A stretch of 64,000 bases of DNA from the IMG/VR virus record IMGVR_UViG_3300035661_000043, positions 15,756 through 79,755 of that record; one strand, written 5' to 3'. This DNA comes from a virus. The notes beneath the pieces are model-generated. The model ran no database searches and had not been told where the DNA came from. It saw only the letters and a list, made by a program, of their open reading frames with translations. This document shows positions 35,100-44,155 of this stretch, piece by piece. The position numbers and the translations under genes were made by a program. Every line of letters starts with the position of its first letter. The stretch's first letter is position 1.

Positions 35100-35175
35100 A
35101 GCCTTAAGAGTGAATGAGATTCCTATCTCTATGACATAGAGATGATGCGAGGTGCGACTCCTCGTTAGGCCACCA
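35100..35175 (+). tRNA. tRNA-Val(GAC)-like, degenerate
   Basis: TCTCT-ATGACAT-AGAGA, T arm, ACCA; poor D arm. Confidence 0.45.
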
Positions 35176-35312
35176 GTTTTCGGTTCTAAGATTTTACGTA
35201 AGCATACCACTTCTTAGAAGTGGAGGAGAGAGATCGTTACTCTCTAGAACCGTCCGAAATTCTAGCTGCAGGAGTAATTTCCTGTCTAGACCCGGGAAGT
35301 CATGACCCCGGG

Positions 35313-35408
35313 ACCTCGTAGTGATGGAATGGTAGACATAGGCTCGTATAGTGATCCGGTGGAAATAAACGCCACATGCAGGTTTCGAAGTCCTGCCTAC
35401 AATGAGGT
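35313..35408 (+). ncRNA. tRNA-like RNA without a canonical anticodon arm or CCA (copy 1)
   Basis: Shares 24 identical nt and a T-like arm with 37967-38070. Confidence 0.55.
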
Positions 35409-35439
35409 TAAGTAAACATGATGTCATGAGTTTTAAGAT

Positions 35440-35514
35440 GCCTCCGAGGTGTTGGTGATTACATCTCTGACTTCCACTCAGATGTATCCGGTTTGACTCC
35501 GGACGGAGGCTCCA
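35440..35514 (+). tRNA. tRNA-Gly(TCC)
   Basis: GCCTCCG/CGGAGGC, TCTGA-CTTCCAC-TCAGA, TCCA. Confidence 0.8.
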
Positions 35515-35528
35515 GTTTTGATTAGTAA

Positions 35529-35604
35529 TGTGTGATAGCTCAGTTGGTAGAGCAGATGGTTGTTACCCATCAGGTCGAGGGTTCGAAGCCTTCTCACACA
35601 GCCA
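35529..35604 (+). tRNA. tRNA-Asn(GTT)
   Basis: Canonical cloverleaf, GATGG-TTGTTAC-CCATC, GCCA. Confidence 0.85.
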
Positions 35605-35655
35605 AATTTTATATGCCCTTATAGCTCAGTTGGAAGAGCAACAAAAAAAATATAT

Positions 35656-35730
35656 TCTCTTAAAGCATAGATAGCGATGCAGGGGTCTTGTAAACCTCAG
35701 AGGAGCGCGCAAGTCGTTCTGGGAGAACCA
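35656..35730 (+). tRNA. tRNA-Thr(TGT)
   Basis: GGGGT-CTTGTAA-ACCTC, ACCA. Confidence 0.7.
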
Positions 35731-36585
35731 TCACAATAAAGTTTGTATATATTCCCAACTCAGTTGGTGCTTATTTAAGATATGAACTATGACATTATTT
35801 TCTTCCATAACTTTTGAAATTTTTTCTGTGTCTATGGATATTAGATAATCGTTTTTAGGATCTAAATACACATCATATTCTACTAGGTAAAAATCTGCAA
35901 AGTATTTTTTAGTACCATATCTCAGATAAGATGGTCTAGTCCAATTGATATTGTTAGAATCTAATTCGGTTGCGATTTTATATTCATAAGAAGATTCTAA
36001 CCAGACTTTTCCAGCAAATCTAGATTCATACCAACCCCAGGCTTTATTGTTTTTATTTCCACCAAGAGCCGGATTTGATTTTGCTGTTTCTGATAATCTT
36101 TTGAGATAACATTCCTTTGAACAAGTTTTTCTGTCTCCTGGGAAGCATTTATTGCAAACACAACACCAAGAAACATAAGTAAATTTTAATTTTTCTCTAT
36201 TAGTTTTTGTTTCATTGTGTTTTGTTTTTATTTTTTGTAGTTTTGGTCCGATAAAAGCAGGTCTATTACATTTTTCTCTTTTTCTATTTGTATAAGAAGC
36301 AGCACATGAATGAGAACAATATTTGTTATTTCTTGCCTTCATTGATTTAGGTTTTCCACATTCACATAGATTCGGATTTGAATTATATTCGGCTATGCGT
36401 GCGGCTGCTTTTGCCTTTTGTGTAATGTGATTCTATTTGCTAGCTTTGCCTGCTTTAATCTTCTAAAGTTTTCCAGCTTCAGTGTGCGCTGCGATAAAAT
36501 GAGAAAAGATACCTTTGGAAGATTTGATTTCTCTACATTCTAAACAGGAGACTAGAGGAGATAGATATTTGTCTTCGACTGTCAT
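35731..36585 (-). CDS. Putative PD-(D/E)XK homing endonuclease within the tRNA cluster (2 TAG)
   Basis: CSHSC and CSKEC fingers, LESSYE, YFADFYL, DPKND; frame extends to ATG 36585 through two TAGs. Confidence 0.75.
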
Positions 36586-36865
36586 AGTTGTTACCTTAAT
36601 AAATAAAAATGATATGGGACAGCTTGGTTGTTACCTTACTGGGTTGAATGATACGCCAATATCATTCTAACCATATCTATGTATACAAATTAGTTCTTGA
36701 GGGTCCGGGATTCGAATTCTCGTGAGGGCACCAAGTTTTGATTAGTAATGTCTTTAGCGAGAGAGTCTAGTAGACACAGATTGTTCTTCGGTGTTATACG
36801 AGATGATCTTGTCACTCAATAGTAGGAGAACATGAGGAGTGGCCTACTAATCAGATTTATTTTAT

Positions 36866-36941
36866 TGCGGCGTGGAGAAGTAGTATCTCATCAGTCTCAT
36901 AAGCTGAAGGTCGTCTGTGCGATTCAGACCGTTCGCAACCA
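36866..36941 (+). tRNA. tRNA-Met(CAT), initiator-like
   Basis: TCAGT-CTCATAA-GCTGA, AACCA; imperfect acceptor. Confidence 0.65.
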
Positions 36942-37211
36942 CTTTATTTTGTATTACTTCGAATGCTGTTTCTGGAGTGTAAGATCTATCTTCAAAGATG
37001 AGAACTTCCAAACCAACTGCTTCGAATTCATTTATTTCAATTCTATCTCGGTTTTGTACTTGCAACAGAGAGTGTTGTTAATCGACTCAATGAGGCTTTA
37101 CTCTGCCCGAAGAATATCAGTGAGTTTATCTCAGTGCTACACGTCTTTCAACAGTGAAAATCTTTTCAATCTTTTCAATCATTCCTTAGCTCAGGAACAA
37201 TTAATTTTAAT

Positions 37212-37286
37212 GCTGCGTAGTCCGAAAAGTGAGGGCGCGACTTGATAAGGCGCTGGCAGATGGGGCAGTACCATCACGCAGCACCC
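37212..37286 (+). tRNA. tRNA-Ile(GAT)-like, degenerate
   Basis: GCTGCGT/ACGCAGC acceptor, TTGATAA loop, mismatched stem. Confidence 0.45.
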
Positions 37287-37454
37287 ATTTTCAATAGGAA
37301 GTATGAGGATCATTACCTCGTAATAGGTGTAACTATACTTTGTATTTCCACCGTAGACTTGGTGTCCCGGAACTGCGCGCGCCGGAAGACGGTTCGATTC
37401 CGTCGTTAAAAGGTTTATGTTAGGTTCGATTCCTAACCGGTGGCCTACTTATTA

Positions 37455-37820
37455 TGTGCGATATCTCTATCGCACATCAGAATGACTGTATGGATCTTCG
37501 GATCTGTGAAGTTGAAAGAAATGTGTTCAGGAAGCGAGTTCGAGTCTCGCCAGCTCCACCAGAAGTATATCATCTGATGCATTCTGTGTGCTGTATATAT
37601 TGCAAGTATTCAGTATACTTCTGATGGGGCTGTATTGGTTTCGACTGGGCAATGAGTATGGAGATGGACAGTTTGGCAACGCAGAAGCCATTATGATTGG
37701 GTCTTCCCGGTTGAAGAAGCAAACAAAAGTAAAAGCAAACGCTGATACATTCCTGATGGCGGCTTGATCGCCCAGTGAGGATTCCTTGGGTGTTCCTTAT
37801 TACCAAAACACCCATCCTAA
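37455..37820 (+). ncRNA. ssrA: Circularly permuted two-piece tmRNA; tag ANADTFLMAA (outer ends approximate)
   Basis: T arm plus CAGCTCCACCA ends at 37561, before GGGGCTGTATTGGTTTCGAC at 37626; G3-U70 pair; tag frame 37735-37767. Confidence 0.9.
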
Positions 37821-37825
37821 TATAC

Positions 37826-37913
37826 GGAGAGTGGACCTGCAGGGTGCAGGCGCTGTTTGCTAAACAGTTGGTGTCAGGAATGGCATTCCGGTCGGGACGG
37901 ACTCTCTCCTCCA
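37826..37913 (+). tRNA. tRNA-Ser(GCT)
   Basis: GGAGAG/CTCTCC, CTGT-TTGCTAA-ACAG, long variable arm, TCCA. Confidence 0.75.
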
Positions 37914-37966
37914 AAATTCTTTCTAAGAGCTGATCCCTCTTAGTTAGACAGGAGTTATAACTCCTG

Positions 37967-38070
37967 GGCCCGTAGTGATGGAATGGTAGACATAAGCCCA
38001 CGTGGGCTGGTGGGATAAACCCCGGGGTTTAAACCCCACGTACAGGTTCGAGTCCTGTCTACAATGGGCC
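37967..38070 (+). ncRNA. tRNA-like RNA (copy 2)
   Basis: GTGATGGAATGGTAGACATA D-like arm, CAGGTTCGAGTCCTG, closing GGCCC/GGGCC. Confidence 0.55.
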
Positions 38071-38080
38071 AAATAATTAT

Positions 38081-38155
38081 AGATTCTAGGGTGTGATAGC
38101 AGCACGATTCCCTCATAAGGAATAGGACTCCGAGCGTAACGGATAGAATCTACCA
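38081..38155 (+). tRNA. tRNA-Met(CAT)
   Basis: ATTCC-CTCATAA-GGAAT, ACCA. Confidence 0.7.
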
Positions 38156-38174
38156 AATGACAGACTTCTTTGGT

Positions 38175-38249
38175 GTGATGTTAGCTTAACAGTAAAGTCC
38201 GAGAATGTGACTCTCGTGGATATGGATGCGACTTCCATACATCACCCCA
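38175..38249 (+). tRNA. tRNA-His(GTG)
   Basis: GTGATGT/ACATCAC, CGAGA-ATGTGAC-TCTCG, CCCA. Confidence 0.75.
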
Positions 38250-38288
38250 AAGAAGTTTTAATGCTCCGGCTCCTCTGTCAATTTTTCA

Positions 38289-38540
38289 ATGATGAAAGTT
38301 CATCATGACTACTACCAAAGAAACCCAAGACAACGCATCATTTGTACAGATGGCAATGATGTGAAAAGTAAATGGAAAGCTTTTATTCATTCCTGTGATA
38401 TAATACATTCATGGAAACGAACGATGACTGGAAACGCGAATTCTTCTACTATCGTCAATTTCGAGTTTGGGTTGGTGAAAGATAGTGAAGGCAACCAAAT
38501 TGGTGATACTGAATACTTTCCAACAAAACTCTCACAGTGA
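38289..38540 (+). CDS. Hypothetical protein
   Basis: ORF between tRNA genes. Confidence 0.45.
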   Translation: MMKVHHDYYQRNPRQRIICTDGNDVKSKWKAFIHSCDIIHSWKRTMTGNANSSTIVNFEFGLVKDSEGNQIGDTEYFPTKLSQ

Positions 38541-38877
38541 CCTGGAAAGAGGAAGTTGTTAACTATACTTCCTCTTCATAGTAAGCAGAAGGTGGATCTA
38601 TGTACAGTAGCACGCACTTGACATTCTTATTTTTAATGAGTAAATCATGATCATCAAAGCTAATGTTTCTGTGTGTGATATCACAGATAGGAACTACGGT
38701 AAGTATATCGAAGGTGCTGCAGCTATTGCCGTGGTGCAACCGGTCGCTGGTGTGCTGTACTCTGGTTTGGTCCTGAGTATATTGCAGAGAATGATTTGAA
38801 GATCACCTCTCGTGAAGAAGCAGTTAAGAAGATTGAAGCACTGGGAGATCAGGTAGATTCTTAAAGAAAGATAAATT

Positions 38878-39141
38878 GCAAATTTAGCTCAATGGTTAGA
38901 GCAGCGGACTCATGAAAAATTGTGCACCTAGGTAGGGATGCTTAGTGTGAATGTTGTCAAATTCGAAGAAACCTAAGTCAGAAATGATATGGTAACCTCG
39001 AGCCAAGCCTGAGAAATTAGGTGCTGTGTAGAGACTAGACGGCAACCATCTAGAACAGATGAAGGTATAGTCCAGGGAGTGGCGAAAGTCACACAAACCA
39101 GAATCCGTTGGTTACAGGTTCGAGTCCTGTAATTTGCACCA
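38878..39141 (+). tRNA. tRNA(CAT), probably Ile2, interrupted by a group I intron
   Basis: Exon 1 38878-38913 ends CTCAT; exon 2 39102-39141 AATCCG..ACCA; the spliced product is a canonical cloverleaf. Confidence 0.92.
38914..39101 (+). mobile_element. Group I intron (188 nt), Azoarcus tRNA-Ile type
   Basis: GTCAAATTCG..AAACCTAAG, GAGCCAAGC, GTAGAGACTAGACGGC, ATAGTCCAGGGAGTGGCGAAAGTCAC, terminal G. Confidence 0.93.
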
Positions 39142-39185
39142 AGAATTAATGCGAGGTTGGTATAGATAGATGGTAACCTCTTAAA

Positions 39186-39260
39186 CGCACCGTGGCTGAA
39201 ATGTTAGGCAGTGGATTGCAAATCCACTTTATGAGATCTCAGAATTCTCCGGTGTGTCCA
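39186..39260 (+). tRNA. tRNA-Cys(GCA)
   Basis: GTGGA-TTGCAAA-TCCAC, U73 CCA; atypical T loop. Confidence 0.7.
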
Positions 39261-39379
39261 TATTTTTCAGTAAGTGACTAAGAAATAATCTATCTCTGAT
39301 GTTCGTATAATGAGCTGTTTCTCTTAGTTAGAAGATAAGAGAATATTGAACAACCCATTGTATTTGTTCTTAAAAATTC

Positions 39380-39454
39380 GGGTCTGTGGTGAAACGGAAA
39401 TCATAAGAATCTTCTAAATTCCTGTTCCAAGTTCGATTCTTGGCAGACCCACCA
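39380..39454 (+). tRNA. tRNA-Arg(TCT)
   Basis: GGGTCTG/CAGACCC, loop CTTCTAA, ACCA. Confidence 0.85.
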
Positions 39455-39552
39455 TTTAATATTGGAAGTAGCTCAATTGGTAGATCACAGACTCGAGTAT
39501 GAAGATGAGACGGATCGCCGTAGTAAATGGGCTATCCAATTGACCGTTTAAT

Positions 39553-39627
39553 ATACCCTTAAGATAATGGCAGTCGTCAGGTCTCCAAAACCTTGAAGTC
39601 GCGGTTCGAGTCCGTGGGGTTATGCCA
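39553..39627 (+). tRNA. tRNA-Trp(CCA)
   Basis: AGGT-CTCCAAA-ACCT, GGTTCGAGTCC, GCCA. Confidence 0.75.
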
Positions 39628-39911
39628 TAATATAATACAACTATAGTTTAGTTTGGAGATGTAACTTACATCTCGTCTCCGGATAGCTGCTCCATGTTCG
39701 AATCTCTCTAGGTGTTCCGATATTCGGTGATTGATCCCAGTCATCGCTGGGCATACACTGGAAATGTATCGGTCTGTATGAAACTGGATTCGTGTCGGTA
39801 ACGACTATCTCCTCCATCTTAAAGCCCCGATGCTGAAAGATATTTGAACTTTTATTCAGTCCGGTGATATAATTCATCCACACCACAACAAAACACTGAA
39901 AGAGGTAGTAT

Positions 39912-40367
39912 ATGAAGAATGGTGAATTATTGTCAAAGGCTATCATTATTGCGACAAACGCACATGCTGGACAATTTGATAGGGGTGGTACTCCATATAT
40001 CCTGCACCCACTGCGAGTGATGTCATACTTGGAGGATGCAGACGAGGAACTCCAGTGTATTGCAGTTTTACACGATGTAGTAGAGGACACCTCTGTTACT
40101 TGGAAAGATCTTATCGAAGCAGGTATGACTCAACGAATCATCAGTGCTCTAAGATTGCTGACAAAGCTTTCCGGTCAGACACCGGATGAATACAAAGCAG
40201 GAGTTCTTTCTTCTGTGGATGCGATGAAGGTGAAAATGTGCGACTTGCGTCACAATTCTGATGTCCGCAGGTTGAAAGGCGTCTCTGAAAAAGACATAGC
40301 AAGAACTGCAAAGTATCACATGTTCTATATGGAAATCAAATCTGTTTTAGAACAAAGCAGAATTTGA
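39912..40367 (+). CDS. HD-domain (p)ppGpp hydrolase-like protein
   Basis: AHAGQ..G.PYILHP, AVLHDVVEDT, VKMCDLRHN. Confidence 0.85.
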   Translation: MKNGELLSKAIIIATNAHAGQFDRGGTPYILHPLRVMSYLEDADEELQCIAVLHDVVEDTSVTWKDLIEAGMTQRIISALRLLTKLSGQTPDEYKAGVLSSVDAMKVKMCDLRHNSDVRRLKGVSEKDIARTAKYHMFYMEIKSVLEQSRI

Positions 40368-40487
40368 CATGAAGGAAAATTGAACATTACTCTCACTTTA
40401 GCTGAACTCTAGTTTAGTGTAGTCGAGTCTTCTGTTTGTGATGTAGAATATTCACCGGATCTGATCCGTGCTACTGCCCAAGATAAT

Positions 40488-40564
40488 CCGCCGTTAGCGC
40501 AATTGGTAGGAGGCAACTGGCTTAAGACCAGTACAGTGTGGGTTCGAATCCTCACGGCGGACCA
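40488..40564 (+). tRNA. tRNA-Leu(TAA), short variable arm
   Basis: CCGCCGT/ACGGCGG, ACTGG-CTTAAGA-CCAGT, ACCA. Confidence 0.85.
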
Positions 40565-40584
40565 TGTATTATGAAAGAGTGAAA

Positions 40585-40944
40585 ATGAAAGACATCCTAG
40601 GTCGCGAAGTTCATGTTGGTAATTATATTGCCTATGCTCAGGTTGCCGGTAGATCTGCTAATATGGCAATTTACAATGTCATCGCCATTGTCGGTGATTA
40701 CCATGGTACTATCAAGGCGACGAAACTAGTAGAGAGCTATGGAGATTATGCTCCATCTCGAATGTGTACTCTCACATCTGGAAAGGTAATTCCATGGCGA
40801 TATGCGACACACACGAAAGATGTATGGAAACTTATTGAAATGACTCCAGAAGAAAAAGATGCAGTAGATAACAAGACATTCACTCTGAAGATCGGAGAGA
40901 GAATCATTATCCTCGATAATTTTACTCCAGATGTAGTAAAATAA
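40585..40944 (+). CDS. Hypothetical protein
   Basis: MKDILGREVHVG start typical of small phage proteins. Confidence 0.6.
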   Translation: MKDILGREVHVGNYIAYAQVAGRSANMAIYNVIAIVGDYHGTIKATKLVESYGDYAPSRMCTLTSGKVIPWRYATHTKDVWKLIEMTPEEKDAVDNKTFTLKIGERIIILDNFTPDVVK

Positions 40945-41029
40945 TACACAGACCGAGAAGTCTTGGTACTAGTCATCGGTGATGCATCATCATACTTATA
41001 TCCGATTGAAATGTTCTTAATTCAGTAAT

Positions 41030-41704
41030 ATGTCTCGACATCTTATGTTACAATGTCTTTTCAGCACACCTCTTTGGTCTTCTAATAAAATGGAAGACTT
41101 TCAAGAGAAGAAAAAAGCGATTATTCCATATCTATTGGATGATAATAACTACATTCTTTCTGGGAAAAAGAATGGACTTTTGATCACAGATGCAAATTTA
41201 CACAAGAATGCTGAATTCCGTGATATCTATAATTTCATGCGGATGAATGTATACAAAGCAATGCAAGAACTAGGTTTTCAGCCTAGATTCACTGTGACAA
41301 GTATGTGGGCAACAAAACAAGAATCATTTGCATATCATCACTTGCACACTCACCGGAATTCTTTTCTCGGATCGGTGATGTATATTCACACAGACTCACC
41401 TACTAGTGGTACTACATTTGTTAATCCAACTGCTAGCATGTGGCAGTTGGAACCTGCATATCACGGTGGGTCTATGCCTCTTATTGCGAATTCATTTACT
41501 ACAGACTTTGAAGAAGGTTCTGCTCATGTGTTTCCTGGGTGGCTGCAACACTATACAGAACCTAGTAAGTCTTCGTGTAGGATTGTCATTGCGATGAACA
41601 TAATGCCTGTAGGTGGCACGAATAGAGATCACTACGATCGATATGAGTTCCCATCGGATATGAATTTGTTAGAAATAGAAAAAAATGTATTTCATCCCAG
41701 CTAA
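41030..41704 (+). CDS. Putative 2OG-Fe(II) oxygenase
   Basis: HHLHTHRNSFLGSVMY, VFPGWLQH, RIVIAMN. Confidence 0.85.
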   Translation: MSRHLMLQCLFSTPLWSSNKMEDFQEKKKAIIPYLLDDNNYILSGKKNGLLITDANLHKNAEFRDIYNFMRMNVYKAMQELGFQPRFTVTSMWATKQESFAYHHLHTHRNSFLGSVMYIHTDSPTSGTTFVNPTASMWQLEPAYHGGSMPLIANSFTTDFEEGSAHVFPGWLQHYTEPSKSSCRIVIAMNIMPVGGTNRDHYDRYEFPSDMNLLEIEKNVFHPS

Positions 41705-41764
41705 AGTATGTTATAATTACTCAACAACAAAAGAGAAACACTCTTTCTAACTTAATAGTTTAAT

Positions 41765-41854
41765 GGAAGTTTGGCAGAGTGGTTTATTGCCGCGGACTCT
41801 AAATCCGCTGAATCAGAGATGGTTCCACGAGTTCGAATCTCGTAACTTCCTCCA
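41765..41854 (+). tRNA. Amber-decoding tRNA with CUA anticodon and Ser-type body
   Basis: GGAAGTT/AACTTCC, GCGGA-CT-CTA-AA-TCCGC (anticodon 41799-41801), 6-bp variable stem with GAGA loop, perfect T arm, TCCA. Confidence 0.95.
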
Positions 41855-41867
41855 CCAATTACTTGCT

Positions 41868-42047
41868 ATGATAGACGAATCTCATCTGCCGACATCAGAA
41901 CAGTCTTTGATCTTTAGACTCAGGAAACGAGCCGAGATTCGTAGATCCATCAGTCACAGAAAATCAGTTCAAGAAAATCAACCAGACAGAATAGCAGATC
42001 TTTTAGAAGAAGCTGCGAACGAATTGGAGAGATTAAAACATGAGTAA
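41868..42047 (+). CDS. Conserved small phage protein
   Basis: RLRKRAEIRR..RKSV..DRIADLLEEAA; true start is after the tRNA. Confidence 0.65.
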   Translation: MIDESHLPTSEQSLIFRLRKRAEIRRSISHRKSVQENQPDRIADLLEEAANELERLKHE

Positions 42048-42197
42048 CCCAGAAACAAACTAAATCATTCTAGAAGAATTGCAAAGACTAGGACAAAGGG
42101 ATACACGATCTTTAGTTGTGTATTTTCTCACTTTACTGCTGATAATAGGTGCTACTTGTGGTACCGAATCTCTTAACATTGAAATAGGAATAACAAA

Positions 42198-42398
42198 ATG
42201 AGTATCTCTGAAAGCCGCGGTTCATCTATTGATCTTGAAAAATGTGTTGAACAATCTGGAAATCGGTATAAGTTAGTAATTGAGGCAGCTGCTCTGGCTC
42301 GAGATATCAAGCGCAAGAATCGACATTCTCCATATCGCGAACACCAGTTTCCCCAAGTCACTTCATTGAAGATGATCGAAGAGGGCAGAGCAAAATGA
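42198..42398 (+). CDS. RNA polymerase omega (RpoZ)-like protein
   Basis: CVEQSGNRYKLVIEAAALARDI..VTSLKMIEEG resembles the omega core. Confidence 0.65.
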   Translation: MSISESRGSSIDLEKCVEQSGNRYKLVIEAAALARDIKRKNRHSPYREHQFPQVTSLKMIEEGRAK

Positions 42399-42855
42399 AC
42401 TTATCTTGAGCTTTTATTCTGAGATGTGTTATGATAAACACATCAACACAACACTTGAATCAATATAATCATGCCTTCACAGATCATCAAATATCACCCA
42501 CGTACCACTGATATTGCTCTTTTGTTCTCACCTGAGAGCAAAGAATACTGGATCGGTGAATACTCTCCATTCTGTACTCATCAATCCGGTGAACCAGATT
42601 ATATCTGGGTTGCTGGCAGTTGGACTTCCTTAGAGGAAGCCGATCTTTCTCTGATTCTTTGGATGTAAAAATTTGATCATGCGCAAATCTGAACTCGAAT
42701 TCACACAGACTCGTGTTTCTAGCAAATCTTTCCGTGAAAAACCTCGCAAAGAGAATGAACAATATTCTCGTAATGAGAAGAAGAAAGAATATCAACGAGA
42801 GCGTGCTCGACAAAAACGTGACATTTAAACTAATTTCTAACTGTAGAAAGACAAT

Positions 42856-43131
42856 ATGAAAACTATTGCAATGAAACTTGTATCCGGAGAAGAACTGATT
42901 GGTCGATCTGTATCAGAGACAGCTACTTTGACCACCATCTCCCATGCTCGTACTATGGGTCTGCAGCAAGATCAACAAGGTCGATATGGTGTAGGGATGA
43001 TGGACTACATTCTGGCTAACAAAGATTGTGAGATTTCCATCTCCAAGGATAAGATCATCACCATGTATGAACCCGCAGTGGAAGTAGAGAAGGCTTACCT
43101 ATCTCAAACATCTGGAATTCAACTATCGTGA
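42856..43131 (+). CDS. Sm-like domain protein
   Basis: KLVSGEELIG..AYLSQTSGIQL. Confidence 0.65.
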   Translation: MKTIAMKLVSGEELIGRSVSETATLTTISHARTMGLQQDQQGRYGVGMMDYILANKDCEISISKDKIITMYEPAVEVEKAYLSQTSGIQLS

Positions 43132-43324
43132 AAGAAAAGATTGCGATAGTTCTTGTTAGTTCGAATATCCATGCATTGACTAGATCATCTAAGAAGGAAA
43201 TGTTAACACAATTCTCATCACACATGTCATGACAATGTTTTTCTCCTTTTCGCGTGTTTACTAAGCTCGATGAAAACGGAGTTCGTATTTTTCTATCAAA
43301 CCCACTGTAATTAAGGAAATAAAA

Positions 43325-43585
43325 ATGACACAGAAACAATTCTCCACACCTCAAGTCAAACATGGCAAGGGTGATCCACAAACTCCTCGCAAGACACCAG
43401 TCACCGGTCCTACTTGGCGCATGTCGCACGCAGTGAAAAACCTGCTTGGGTCAGAACGTGATCCGGTTCAGCGAGCCATCTATAAGAACATGATGGTAGA
43501 GGCAAGTGCTTATGCTGCAGCACAGGCAGCCGAACTTGCTAAGAAGAAGGACAAGAAAAGCGCTGCACCGAACTCCGGTAATTGA
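43325..43585 (+). CDS. Hypothetical protein
   Basis: RBS AAGGA, followed by a hairpin. Confidence 0.6.
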   Translation: MTQKQFSTPQVKHGKGDPQTPRKTPVTGPTWRMSHAVKNLLGSERDPVQRAIYKNMMVEASAYAAAQAAELAKKKDKKSAAPNSGN

Positions 43586-43683
43586 TCTTTTCTTTTGCCT
43601 AAAAGCTCCTCTGTGAAAGCATTGGAGCTTTTATTCATTTGTGTGGTATAATACACTTATAAACAACAAAACACAGGTATAAA

Positions 43684-44004
43684 ATGACAAACGCTAAAAC
43701 AGAATTGCTGCACATATTGCAAGGTCATGGTACTCGCATCAAATGTGCGGTCATCGCCCTTGGGGATGAGTATAGTGATACTACCCAACAAGTCTTTAAC
43801 TTGAAGCTCGGTGCTTCTGATAAAGAAGTAGATGATTTCTTCAACTCCTTGGACTTCGAGTATGATTCTGGATATGGCAGACAAGAGCTGTTCGGCACAG
43901 TCTGGCTGGAAAAAGAAGGTACTTGGCTGACGCGCGGAGAGTATGACGGATCTGAATGGTGGGAATTCCATGAATGCCCTGAGATTCCTATGGAGATGTT
44001 ATAA
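43684..44004 (+). CDS. Conserved hypothetical phage protein
   Basis: YDSGYGRQELFGTVW..RGEYDGSEWW. Confidence 0.7.
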   Translation: MTNAKTELLHILQGHGTRIKCAVIALGDEYSDTTQQVFNLKLGASDKEVDDFFNSLDFEYDSGYGRQELFGTVWLEKEGTWLTRGEYDGSEWWEFHECPEIPMEML

Positions 44005-44155
44005 GGGTTTAGATTTCACAAGTTTATAGACGAGAATGAAAGTTCCGAATATGATTATATGTCTATGGAATGGCTGCTGAACAACAAAATTCTAATTAGA
44101 CTTCCGTTCATCATCTATACTTTTGTTTACAAATATCAGATCAAAGAGATCAATC

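Noticed and set aside
35194-38156. Minus-strand ORFs sharing AYVYHSITT, and other ORFs over the tRNA cluster
   Set aside because: They are shadows of plus-strand RNA genes
39380-39454. Second CUA suppressor tRNA (loop contains CTA)
   Set aside because: The stem register puts TCT at positions 34-36, so it is tRNA-Arg
41763-41867. N-terminal part of track ORF 41763..42047
   Set aside because: It overlaps the CUA tRNA; the likely start is 41868
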